IMG/VR virus record: IMGVR_UViG_3300044714_000024
Location: 204 to 64,203 of that record
DNA: 64,000 nucleotides
Strand: one strand, 5' to 3'
Source of the DNA: a virus
Taxonomy: Duplodnaviria > Caudoviricetes
The translations under genes and the position numbers were made by a program. The first letter of the stretch is position 1. Each line of letters begins with the position of its first letter. The notes beneath the pieces were generated by a model. It made no database searches. It was not told the DNA's origin and worked only from the letters and a program-made list of their open reading frames with translations. Shown in pieces: positions 46,992 to 56,004 of the stretch.

Positions 46992-47225
46992 TCAACCGGC
47001 GATCTCAATGGCGCGGCGGATGGCCTGCGGTGCGAGAAAGGCGCCGTGGACCACGCTGATGCGGCCACCGACCGGATCAAGTTTGACTGCCTTCGCTTTG
47101 CGGAAAGTCGTCAGCGCCTTGAACGCTTCATCCTTGGTGCAGCCAGCGATGACCACGAGCGCGTTAGTGAAAGCCTCTTCGGCGTTGATGATGCGCTGGG
47201 CGATGGCTTTGTAAGGGTTAGGCAT
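46992..47225 (-). CDS. first gene of leftward early operon, hypothetical
   Basis: AGGGG RBS; downstream of the leftward promoter. Confidence 0.7.
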   Translation of the reverse strand: MPNPYKAIAQRIINAEEAFTNALVVIAGCTKDEAFKALTTFRKAKAVKLDPVGGRISVVHGAFLAPQAIRRAIEIAG

Positions 47226-47248
47226 GGTTTAGTCCCCTGTGTTCGATA

Positions 47249-47314
47249 GTCATCTTATGACATGCCAGATTATGACTGTCAAGCGTTGACGAAAGATTTT
47301 TTTTCGGCTATGAG
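47249..47314. promoter_or_regulatory. back-to-back promoters with operators
   Basis: Left: TTGACA-17-CATAAG (47282 to 47254). Right: TTGACG-17-TATGAG (47286-47314). Palindrome GTCATCTTATGAC at 47249-47261 and variant GCCAGATTATGAC at 47264-47276. Confidence 0.75.
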
Positions 47315-47319
47315 GGACC

Positions 47320-47523
47320 ATGATCACGGCCACAGACCTAAAGCGTGCCCGTACCCGCCGGGGGGAAACCCAAGAGCAGTTTGCCGCCCATTTTGGGGTT
47401 GGGAGGACTACAATCCTCAATTGGGAGACCAAAGGTCCGCCAGCGACCGGTACGGCGCCTCACTTTATCGCTCAGGTTTTGGCCAAATTGCGCGACAAAG
47501 CGCCGCAGGAGGCCGCAGAATGA
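47320..47523 (+). CDS. XRE/Cro-type HTH regulator
   Basis: LKRAR...GETQ.QFA..FGV.R.TI.NWE. Confidence 0.9.
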   Translation: MITATDLKRARTRRGETQEQFAAHFGVGRTTILNWETKGPPATGTAPHFIAQVLAKLRDKAPQEAAE

Positions 47524-47790
47524 GGGTTTAGACCGCTGGGACGGGGTTGCCTAGCTTCCCCGGTATAAGGTCTCGGGCAAGACGACTACAACAGGAATTG
47601 CTTGCCCCGCGATTGTGCCGTGAATCTGCTTGCCGGGAAGCTACAGCACAAAGCCGGCGAGTGCTCGGACGTAAGCGGGCCGAAGTACAAGGCAGCGCAC
47701 CGGGCATCAAGGGGGTGGAAACCCCTGCTTTACTGAGTTTGTATGACCCCGATGAGCCAACGCCCACTCGGCCAAGAATGAGACAACCCC

Positions 47791-48510
47791 TTGAAACCCC
47801 TAAGCCCCCGCGAACGCCTAGCCCAAGCCCTCGATACCATCGGGGATTACGCCCAACTTGCCCATAAAGCCGGGGTTACGCCACGGGATTTCCTCAATGC
47901 GCAGTCGGGGCGAATCTGCCCTACCGTACCATTTCTGAGGATTTGTGTTGCGGTGCGGCACGATCCGATGCCGGAACTGGTTCACATCATGCCGGAAAAG
48001 CCCTCAGATTTTGACTTTGGCTTTTTTTCCATGGCGTTTCAGATGAAACAGGCTATGCGGGGCGATACCGATGCCGCCGCTGCACGACATATGGGCTTCA
48101 TGCCTGCGACTATTCGCCGCATAGAACGAGGCGACGCGCTGCTGATTGGAGTTATCCTAACGGTCTGTAAGTACATAGAAATGCACCCTTTTGGCTATCT
48201 TTCTGTGTCCGAGACGCCATCCCGTCCTATCGAAAAACCTAAACCGGCTCGTGTTTCACGTGAAACATTGGCGCCAATCGAACCTTCTCCGCTCCATATC
48301 CTCTTGAAAACACGCGCAAAAACGCAACGGCAAGTCGATATGCTCGGCAAAGCACTAGAACGGCTTGAGGGCAAGAAGGACTATGCGGATGTTTTCACGC
48401 GGCATCAGCGGTATTTGGCGGCGCTGGCCGAACAAACGCTGGCGATTGAGGCGGTTAGGTTGCTGGAAGGCAAGGAAGTGAAGGTTTTTGGGTCATTAGG
48501 GGCCGTGTGA
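47791..48510 (+). CDS. protein with two HTH-like regions
   Basis: LAHKAGV.P and AA..MG....TI.RIE.G; start codon uncertain. Confidence 0.6.
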   Translation: MKPLSPRERLAQALDTIGDYAQLAHKAGVTPRDFLNAQSGRICPTVPFLRICVAVRHDPMPELVHIMPEKPSDFDFGFFSMAFQMKQAMRGDTDAAAARHMGFMPATIRRIERGDALLIGVILTVCKYIEMHPFGYLSVSETPSRPIEKPKPARVSRETLAPIEPSPLHILLKTRAKTQRQVDMLGKALERLEGKKDYADVFTRHQRYLAALAEQTLAIEAVRLLEGKEVKVFGSLGAV

Positions 48511-48734
48511 GCGGCGATGATCTCGCGTTCAACCGTTGGAGCGAACAATGAATCAGGAAGAAAGAATCGAGATTGCGGCCGAGGCCATGTGGCGACATCG
48601 TGCATCGAATACCAATGAGACGGATTGGGGTCGAATGACGTGGGATTCGTTCAACGCGCTCAAACCCGACATCGCGGCAATTTATCGGGAGAATGCGACA
48701 GTCGCAGTACGCGCTCTTGATCAGGGCGCCATGG

Positions 48735-48790
48735 CGGTCGTGTGAATTTCCGTGCCGTCTCCGCTCCCCGTGATCAGGAATGAGTCAGCA
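48735..48790 (+). repeat. repeat family A copy
   Basis: 54/56 inverted match to 31313-31368; abuts the IS target duplication. Confidence 0.9.
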
Positions 48791-48874
48791 ACTAAAGAGG
48801 CGATTATCTGCCTCTTGACTGGTCTGTGTCTCATGGGGTATTTCATGCTCCGACAGGCTGACGCTTATGAGGGG

Positions 48875-49627
48875 TTAAGTGATCCGGTTGCCGGTGTCGT
48901 AACTCGCCATCGCTTCGCGGTCGATCATGTCTCGCGTGCAGAACAGCAAGTAGTCAGTCTCGCGGGACTTCCCGAAAGCGTCCGTGTAGCGAATTTCGCC
49001 TATGACATAGAGTGCGTGGCTTCCTCGCTGAATGCCGACAATCGTGGCCACGTTAAGAGCTTGGTTGATGCCCGTATTGACTATGAATGTGGCGTCCGGC
49101 GCCAATGGGCGCGGCGGCAACATTCGGTCTCTGCGAGGGAGGGGGCCAGTGAGCGGGAAAGTGGAAAAGCCCATTGCCGCCCAGTGCGTGAGATTTGTAG
49201 CGGGGGTTTGCCCAGAGTTTTTAATCGTGATTACGGCCTCTGGGTGGCCACCAATGGCCAAGTTAAGGAGATGAACCGAATCCACCATGACGTAAGCGCG
49301 CAATTGCCGTTCCGAATGGCGTTCGCCAGAGAGCCAGAGGAGTCGGGTGGAACGCCAGAGCGTCCAAGTGAAAATTGCGATGACCACCGCAGCGGCGGCG
49401 CTGACGTTGTCATGCGTAACGTAACCCCAACTGAAAGCCAAAAACCGCATGATCCCTTCATGGAGGGTGGCGCAGGTTTGATAGCCGGGCTGATTATTGG
49501 TGCCCTGATACTGGCTTACGACTATGCAAGCAGGCCAGCGTGATGTTTCCCAACTCAGAACCTCTGCGAACGCAATATATCCCGCCGCAAGATAGGCCAA
49601 AAACCACTTGTCGGCGCGACTTAACAT
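48875..49627 (-). CDS. IS passenger gene, membrane-anchored protein
   Basis: Two TM segments, then RQLRAYV and IKNSGQTPA; overlaps the transposase stop. Confidence 0.75.
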   Translation of the reverse strand: MLSRADKWFLAYLAAGYIAFAEVLSWETSRWPACIVVSQYQGTNNQPGYQTCATLHEGIMRFLAFSWGYVTHDNVSAAAAVVIAIFTWTLWRSTRLLWLSGERHSERQLRAYVMVDSVHLLNLAIGGHPEAVITIKNSGQTPATNLTHWAAMGFSTFPLTGPLPRRDRMLPPRPLAPDATFIVNTGINQALNVATIVGIQRGSHALYVIGEIRYTDAFGKSRETDYLLFCTRDMIDREAMASYDTGNRIT

Positions 49628-50523
49628 CCGCCGATTGCCGTTCCGAAGATGTCGGAATTGAAGCGGTTATTATAGCGGAACTGAAATTCCGCAACGTACA
49701 GCGGCATGTATTTGGCGCTGACTTTGTGGAAACTGCCAACGATGCCGCGCTTGAAGATGCTCCAAAAGCCTTCAATCGTGTTCGTGTGGACCGCGCCGAA
49801 CACGTATTGCCCGGCATGGTGGTCAACGGTCTGGTGCGGGTAGCCGCTCAGAGAGTGATAGACGTTGCTCTGGTCAGTCGCGAGCAAGCTAACCTTATTG
49901 GAGACAACCTCGCGGACGAAATCCTGTGCGCTTTCCTTTGTGACTTTAGCCAGCACGCGGGTAACGACGTTGCCCTTGCGTTCGACCGCGCCGATGATCG
50001 GAGTTTTGCTCTTGTGCCCGCCACGCTCGCCGCTGCGCTTGCCGTGCTTATTGATGGCCTTTCCGCCGATGAAAGTTTCGTCAACCTCGACAATGCCGCC
50101 AAGTTGGGTTTCCGGCTCGATCAGCGCCGCGCGGATTTTATGGGTCATGTGCAGCGCGGTTTCATAGGAACCGAAGCCCATTTGCCGCTGAATTTGCAGG
50201 GAGCTAATTCCCTTTTTGCTGCACAGCATCAAATGCACGACCTTGAACCACTGGCGAAGCGGCTTGTTCGTGTTCTCAAAAATGGTGCCCGCGATATGGG
50301 AAAATCTGTAACCCGCGCCCTTGACCGTCTCACACTGATAGCACTGCCATTTGAAGGCCATGGAGCGGACAGGGAAAACCTTGGGGTTGCCGCACCTGGG
50401 GCACACAACGCCGTTCGGCCAGCGCCGCGCTACGAGGTAAACCGCACAGGCTTCCTCGTTCGTAAAGCGCGCCTCAAACTGGCTTTCCGTCATCTGGTGG
50501 ACTGGCTTAGGACGCTTGGCCAT
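49621..50523 (-). CDS. IS1595-family (ISXO2-like) DDE transposase
   Basis: RWP.G..CP.C zinc ribbon, VEVDETFIGG, TD and HTNTIEGFWS.FKR motifs. Confidence 0.96.
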   Translation of the reverse strand: MAKRPKPVHQMTESQFEARFTNEEACAVYLVARRWPNGVVCPRCGNPKVFPVRSMAFKWQCYQCETVKGAGYRFSHIAGTIFENTNKPLRQWFKVVHLMLCSKKGISSLQIQRQMGFGSYETALHMTHKIRAALIEPETQLGGIVEVDETFIGGKAINKHGKRSGERGGHKSKTPIIGAVERKGNVVTRVLAKVTKESAQDFVREVVSNKVSLLATDQSNVYHSLSGYPHQTVDHHAGQYVFGAVHTNTIEGFWSIFKRGIVGSFHKVSAKYMPLYVAEFQFRYNNRFNSDIFGTAIGGC

Positions 50524-50812
50524 GACGGCCTCCCTGCTTATGGAGGCCAATATGGCAGATAATTCTAGACCAGTCAAGAGGCAGATAATCGCCACTAAAG
50601 ACAGGTTGCAAATAGAGGACGAACAAATAACCTCCATCGTCACCAAGGCAATACGAGACTTCAATTTGCTATCGCCTTACCAAAGACGACGCGCGAGACA
50701 AATAACGAGACGATGGTTTGTTGGTGGTGGAGCTAATGCGGTAAGACCTGCGGGCGATGAAGAAGGTTTCGAAACGTCATACGATAATCTCGACTTTCAA
50801 GGAGGATGAAAA

Positions 50813-51268
50813 GTGGCCGAAACACTGCGTTATCTCGCAAGTCCGTACACGGCCTACAAAGGCGGGATGGAGCAAGCCTTCATCGACGTAGCAATCCTCG
50901 CCGGTCGTTTGTTTGCTATCGGCATCCCGACGTTCTCCCCAATCGCGCACGCTTTCCCTTACGTCAAATACGGCAATCTCGATCCTCTGGATTATCCGGC
51001 ATGGAAGCCAGTCCAGGAACGATTGATGGATGCGTGCGACTCACTCATCGTCGCACACATGGACGGTTGGGAGAAAAGCGTGGGGATTGCATATGAAGTT
51101 TCTTACTTCGAACGCAGCAATAAACCTATCTTCGATCTTGATATCGTTGCGCTGACAATGGTGGAGCGCCACAAACATTTCGACGAACGAATGCAGCTAG
51201 GCATCAAGGATATGCCCAGCTATCGCGGCGAGTTGAAGCCGCTGGCGATGCCAGATTCGAAGGGCTAA
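50813..51268 (+). CDS. DUF1937 / nucleoside 2-deoxyribosyltransferase-like protein
   Basis: YLASPY, FSPIAH, CD.L.V....GW..S.G...E. Confidence 0.85.
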   Translation: MAETLRYLASPYTAYKGGMEQAFIDVAILAGRLFAIGIPTFSPIAHAFPYVKYGNLDPLDYPAWKPVQERLMDACDSLIVAHMDGWEKSVGIAYEVSYFERSNKPIFDLDIVALTMVERHKHFDERMQLGIKDMPSYRGELKPLAMPDSKG

Positions 51269-51272
51269 TGAC

Positions 51273-51584
51273 ATGCCGCGAGAAACCGACGCCTACGATA
51301 TGTTCGCCCCACGCGAGCGCGGGCGATTCGGGGAGAATGAGGAACAGCATCGGCTAGGTCGCGGCCCGCGCTTTACTGGCGCCTCCGATCCTATCGACCT
51401 GACGGTATGGTTGATGATGGACAACCCCGACAAGAAAGCGATTGCGGTTTCCGACCCGGCGAAAAAGGGTAAGCCGCAGTGGATTTGGCTTCCCCGGTCG
51501 CAGGTTGAGTATGTCAAGGCTGAGGGCGGCGCGATTCTCTTAACTTTGCCGTACTGGCTGGCGAAGGATAAGGGGCTGATATGA
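51273..51584 (+). CDS. hypothetical protein
   Basis: KAI.V....WLP.SQ.......LP.WLA.DKGL, a common phage motif. Confidence 0.75.
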   Translation: MPRETDAYDMFAPRERGRFGENEEQHRLGRGPRFTGASDPIDLTVWLMMDNPDKKAIAVSDPAKKGKPQWIWLPRSQVEYVKAEGGAILLTLPYWLAKDKGLI

Positions 51585-52960
51585 ACGCGCTGGCCAAATA
51601 CGATGCAGCCTGCCGCGCTCTTGCTGAGGCTGTCACCGCCGATGAGGTCATGAATATTCGCCTCGAAGCGAAGGCTATCGAAGCCGTTGGGCGCGTGGCC
51701 AAGAATATCGACCTGGAAATAGCGGCGCGCACTCTGCGAATACGTGCGGAAGCGCGACTCGGTGTAATGATTCGGGAGGGAGAAGAACAGGGCATCATCG
51801 CCTCGCACGGTGGTCGCCGCAAAGGTCAAGATTCCGACTCCGAAACTTGCTCGGCTGCGACGCTCAAGGAAATGGGTATCGACCCGAAGTTGTCGGCTCA
51901 ATCGCGCAAGCTGGCAGCCATCGGCCCCGATGGGGTAGACGATTTATTGCAGGCATTTGAAAAGACAAGCAAAGATAGCGGAACTTTGGCGACTTTCGTT
52001 ATCACCGCCGCAACCGCCAAACGCAATGCCGAAAGCCGCCGCAACTTAGCCCAAACCCTCTCCGATGCCACAGCCCTTCAACCGACCGGCCGCAAGTTCC
52101 CCGTAATCTACGCCGACCCCGCATGGCGAAGGAAGGCAGGCATCGGCAATCGCGCCTATGAAAACCACTACACGACCGAAACGTGGGATGAAATTCTCGC
52201 CATGCCGGTGGCGAATCGCACCCTCCACGACGCTTGGTTATTCCTCTGGATACCGCGCGCCCACCTTTTGGCGCTGCACCCAACCGAAATCGATACGCCG
52301 CTGGGCCGATGCAAGGTCAAACTTCCGCTCGCCTATGCGGTCGCGCAAGCTTGGGGCTTCGATGCCTATTCGACGTGCTTTGTATGGACCAAGACCGACG
52401 AGGATTGCCCAGAAGATCACGGCCTTGGGCTAATCGTTTGGGATCAAGACGAAATTCTGTGCCTGTTCAAGCGCGGGCGCGGCCTTCCCAAGCCTGATAC
52501 CGATGTCAAAGTCGGATCGAATCACCGCGAGCGCGCCGGCAAGCACTCCGCAAAACCTTTCTACTATCGCGACATGATAAACGCGATGACGGACAATCTC
52601 CCTGTCCTCGAATTGTTTGCTCGCGAAGATGAAAAAAATTGGCTACCTCCAAACTTTTATACATGGGGCAATCAATCCCTGAATACGGCGGAACGAATCA
52701 CTGACGACTCAGGAACGAATCACCAACCCGAATCTGTTCATGATTCGGTTGACACTGACGCCCGCCCCCCAGCTACAGCGTCAGTGTCCGAACCCGCGTC
52801 CGCCGATCCTCAGCCCTCATCTGCCCCGGTGGACGCGGGTTCACCTTCTTTTTCTGAATCCGATCTTCCTGAGATAATCCTTCCGGGGAAGTGGGCTACG
52901 TTTGAGCATGTTGCGGGGTTTGTTGATCTGACATCAGAAGTTGCGGGGCGTGCCTCTTAG
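51581..52960 (+). CDS. MT-A70-family adenine methyltransferase
   Basis: VIYADPAW, HY.T, LFLW, WGF, VW.K, HSAKP, LELFAR and WGNQ motifs. Confidence 0.9.
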   Translation: MNALAKYDAACRALAEAVTADEVMNIRLEAKAIEAVGRVAKNIDLEIAARTLRIRAEARLGVMIREGEEQGIIASHGGRRKGQDSDSETCSAATLKEMGIDPKLSAQSRKLAAIGPDGVDDLLQAFEKTSKDSGTLATFVITAATAKRNAESRRNLAQTLSDATALQPTGRKFPVIYADPAWRRKAGIGNRAYENHYTTETWDEILAMPVANRTLHDAWLFLWIPRAHLLALHPTEIDTPLGRCKVKLPLAYAVAQAWGFDAYSTCFVWTKTDEDCPEDHGLGLIVWDQDEILCLFKRGRGLPKPDTDVKVGSNHRERAGKHSAKPFYYRDMINAMTDNLPVLELFAREDEKNWLPPNFYTWGNQSLNTAERITDDSGTNHQPESVHDSVDTDARPPATASVSEPASADPQPSSAPVDAGSPSFSESDLPEIILPGKWATFEHVAGFVDLTSEVAGRAS

Positions 52961-52963
52961 TTG

Positions 52964-53028
52964 TTTGTTTGGTTAGACTGGCTACCTTGGCGTGCGATTA
53001 TTCTGTGAGATTCTTACGGCCATAGAGG
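52964..53028 (+). repeat. left arm of ~65-bp imperfect inverted repeat around DUF5131 gene
   Basis: Pairs with 53773-53835 through blocks TGGCTACCTTGG and TTACGGCCATAGAG. Confidence 0.85.
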
Positions 53029-53041
53029 GTGGATAAATAGG

Positions 53042-53818
53042 GTGGGCGCGAATAGCAAAATCGAATGGACCGTACACACTTGGAACCCGTGGATCGGGTG
53101 CACTCAGGTCAGCCCGGCGTGTGATCGCTGCTATGCCATGGTCATGATGGACCATCGTTACGGTCGCGTGACTTGGGGCGCGGGAGAAGATCGCGCTCGC
53201 ACGTCGGAGCAGAACTGGAAAATGCCGCTGCGCTGGGATAAGGCCGCAGCCGCAGCCGAACGGATTGATACGGTTTTCTGTCTCTCGCTAGGAGATTTTT
53301 GGGACAACGAAATCAATCCAGGCTGGCGCCGGGAGGCGAAGGCCGTAATGCAGGCTACGCCGAATTTGCTCTATCTCATTCTCTCGAAACGCATCGGCAA
53401 CGCCATCAAAATGTGCGACCCCATGGCGGCCAACAGCCCGCTTCCTGACAATGCCGCACTTGGGTCAACGATGGTTACTCAGGAAGAATGGGACCGCGAC
53501 TTCCCAAAGCTCAAAGAGGCCGGTCGCGTGCTTGGCGCGCGCTTCACGTTTGCCAGCGTCGAGCCGATGTTGGAACGGATTAGACCAAAGCAATTCCCTG
53601 ACTGGGTAATCGTCGGTGGCGAGAGTGGCCGCGACCCGCGCTATATGCACCCCGATTGGGCGCGCTACATGCGCGATGATTGCGCGAAGGCTGGCGTCCC
53701 ATTTTTCATGAAACAGATGACCGCGAAGGTGCCGATTCCGCCCGACTTGTTGGTGCGCCAGTTTCCGCAAGACTCTATGGCCGTAAAACCCAAGCAGAAC
53801 AATCGACAACCAAGGTAG
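53042..53818 (+). CDS. DUF5131 (phage Gp37/Gp68, radical-SAM-like) protein
   Basis: SKIEWT..TWNPW.GC..VSPAC..CYA, S.EP.L, DWVIVGGESG and VPFFMKQ motifs. Confidence 0.93.
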   Translation: MGANSKIEWTVHTWNPWIGCTQVSPACDRCYAMVMMDHRYGRVTWGAGEDRARTSEQNWKMPLRWDKAAAAAERIDTVFCLSLGDFWDNEINPGWRREAKAVMQATPNLLYLILSKRIGNAIKMCDPMAANSPLPDNAALGSTMVTQEEWDRDFPKLKEAGRVLGARFTFASVEPMLERIRPKQFPDWVIVGGESGRDPRYMHPDWARYMRDDCAKAGVPFFMKQMTAKVPIPPDLLVRQFPQDSMAVKPKQNNRQPR

Positions 53819-53835
53819 CCAAGCTAACAAACAAA
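53773..53835 (-). repeat. right arm of inverted repeat around DUF5131 gene
   Basis: Reverse complement of 52964-53028 with a few substitutions and indels. Confidence 0.85.
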
Positions 53836-53863
53836 TCTTTCATCTGATAAACGGGCCTTCGAC

Positions 53864-54175
53864 ATGCACACTCCACCACCAGATAATCCAATCGACCAAA
53901 CAATCGGTTTCTTCGACCGCCAAGAATGTATCTCCATGAATCTCGCATTCTTCAAAGCCATGAAAGCCGCAGTTCAAAGTGGCGGCGAATTAAAAAGCAA
54001 TTTTACTTATGGTCCCAGAGTCGATCACACTCCCTTGGTCGGAGCTTATATCGACAGACAATTGCGCCACTCCCCGATGTCGTCCAGCGCCAACGCGTGC
54101 CTCAATATGACGCTCGATACGTCGCGGCCGGCGCCGATGACCTCAGTGACGTTGGGGCCGGGAGGGCGAAGGTGA
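53864..54175 (+). CDS. hypothetical protein
   Basis: ORF; GTGA overlap with the next gene. Confidence 0.55.
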   Translation: MHTPPPDNPIDQTIGFFDRQECISMNLAFFKAMKAAVQSGGELKSNFTYGPRVDHTPLVGAYIDRQLRHSPMSSSANACLNMTLDTSRPAPMTSVTLGPGGRR

Positions 54176-54511
54176 CTGATCTTGTCGGGACATGCCCGAA
54201 AGACTTTTGGGAGGAATGGATTGCGGAAGGCGATGCCGCTGGTGATCCTGAGTCTGGCGAAGAATGGGGCTGGTTCACAGAACACAGCTTCAAATCCCTC
54301 GCAAAGCCCGGCGACCGCTTCTACGTCGTGGCGCACGGCAGGCTTCGCGGCTGGGCGCCTGTCACCGGAATTTGGGGGGGGCGCGATTGTGCGTAAGGGC
54401 AACGCCGTCGCGTGTACAATCGATGAGCCTATTCCGGGTTTTCGTGGATTGCGTAAGCGTTGGTGGTCGCGTGATATTGAGAAACCTTTTCCGAATTGGA
54501 AAGATCGATGA
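54172..54511 (+). pseudogene. ASCH/EVE-like (PUA-fold) protein frameshifted at a G8 tract
   Basis: PGDRFYVV..G.LRG.AP lies in one frame and PIPGFRGLR..WW in the next; G7 instead of G8 at 54374-54381 would fuse them. Confidence 0.7.
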
Positions 54512-55266
54512 GCCACCTTCCCTACCGCCCCGAACACAACAACGACGCCAGCGCCAACACCGAGGAACTGACGAACGAGGAACTCGGCGCGTTCGTGAGG
54601 CTACAGCGGGCTTTGTGGCGGTCAGGTGGTTACCTACCCGACGATCAAAAAAAACTCGCCAGATACGCCCGCGCCGGCAGCAGATGGGGAATCATCGCGC
54701 CGGCCATCATGGGCAAGCTCAACGCCATCGGCGGCAAAGTCTCATGCCCGACGATCCTCATGACCATTTTTCTGGTCGAACAGCGCCGCGCCAAGGCCGC
54801 GAAAGCTGCCGCGCAGAGGTTTGGCAAAGCTGACCCGCCTCTGACTTCGCGTAACCCATTGGACTCGTTAGAGTCGAACATTACCCAAGCATCAACCGAG
54901 CATATGCTTGGACGCTCCAATCAAAATCAAAACAAGAATCTTGATTCTAAGACTCTTAGTGGGCGCGGCATGTCCTCAAGGAGTCAGGCAAACAACACAT
55001 TCTACGAATTGAGCACGGAATTTCTGATCAAGCGCGTCGGTATCCGCGCCCTCGCAGCACGCTCGCAGGTCGCAAAGTGGCTTAGCGCGGTAGAAGGGAA
55101 CGAATCGGAACTGCAAACGATTATGGATGCTGCCGGCGCCGAGAACCTCCAAGGCGCCCGACTGATAGCCGTCATCGACCAGCGCGTGGGGAACCGCAAG
55201 ACCGAGCGAAAGCAAGGCCCTCCCCTTCCCTTTCCACCGAATCTTGTGGTAAACAGCGACAAATGA
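54508..55266 (+). CDS. DUF1376 (YdaU-like) replication initiator
   Basis: T..L..EE.GA...L....W..GG.LPDD...LAR; C-terminal AR....KWL. Confidence 0.75.
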   Translation: MSHLPYRPEHNNDASANTEELTNEELGAFVRLQRALWRSGGYLPDDQKKLARYARAGSRWGIIAPAIMGKLNAIGGKVSCPTILMTIFLVEQRRAKAAKAAAQRFGKADPPLTSRNPLDSLESNITQASTEHMLGRSNQNQNKNLDSKTLSGRGMSSRSQANNTFYELSTEFLIKRVGIRALAARSQVAKWLSAVEGNESELQTIMDAAGAENLQGARLIAVIDQRVGNRKTERKQGPPLPFPPNLVVNSDK

Positions 55267-55596
55267 ATCGATACGCCCCAGCCACGCCCTACACCCAAGC
55301 CGAACGCGACGCCGACCGCCGCGAGCGCACCAACGCGCTGAGAACTATCCACAACCGCCGCAAATCAACGCCAAGCGGCCAAAACTACAACATTCCCGGC
55401 GATAAAGCGTCGAAAGCCAAGTCACAGCGCATCCTCGGCGAGCGCGAAGCCTCTTGACGGAAGGGCATTGAATCGGGATGATGCCGTTGCATGGTTCTTC
55501 CTCCCGGAAAACCCTGTGTTGTTTGTTGTACAGCCCCCTGTACAGAAGCGACCGCGTGGGGCAACTTGCGCGGTCGTTTCGCCCTCACAGGACAGC

Positions 55597-56004
55597 ATGA
55601 GTGGCGACTTAACCAAGCGAATCATGGTCCGCGTCACGGACGAACAACTCGCCTGGATCGGCGAAATGGCGGCCGATGAGGGCATGGATAACGCAACATT
55701 CGTGCGCGTGGTGCTTGATCGGTTGAGCAAGGGCAGAGCGCCGCTGATCGGGATGATGCAGCCGACGACTCAGGCGCTCAGTCTGCCAGTGGGCTTCGAC
55801 CATCGGCCCGGCGCTGCTAACTATACCGAAAGCCTCGACGACGGCGCTGTGCCGCAAACCCTCGACATCCTCGCTCAACGCGCCGCCGAGGCCGAGGCCA
55901 ACTTGCCGCCTCCCCAAGACGCCGAATCAGACCATCCCGAGGAATCCGCCGCCATCCCCTTGCGCCGAGTAGCGCGGGAACGATATAATCCGGGGCGACA
56001 ATGA
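55597..56004 (+). CDS. ribbon-helix-helix protein
   Basis: RIMVRV.......I...A..EG.....FVR; AGGA RBS. Confidence 0.6.
   Translation: MSGDLTKRIMVRVTDEQLAWIGEMAADEGMDNATFVRVVLDRLSKGRAPLIGMMQPTTQALSLPVGFDHRPGAANYTESLDDGAVPQTLDILAQRAAEAEANLPPPQDAESDHPEESAAIPLRRVARERYNPGRQ

Larger units (their letters stand above)
48799..50593 (-). mobile_element. IS1595-family insertion sequence (ISNwi1-like ends) with passenger gene
   Basis: Perfect 27-bp terminal IRs GGCGATTATCTGCCTCTTGACTGGTCT (48799-48825 and 50567-50593); 8-bp target duplication ACTAAAGA (48791-48798 and 50594-50601). Confidence 0.96.

Noticed and set aside
49540-50562. 340-aa plus-strand ORF, and the 263-aa ORF at 48752-49543
   Set aside because: Antisense shadows of the transposase and passenger genes; no recognisable motifs.
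54880-54960. Iteron-type origin inside the DUF1376 gene
   Set aside because: Only short AATCAA-like repeats and small palindromes; plausible but too weak to call.
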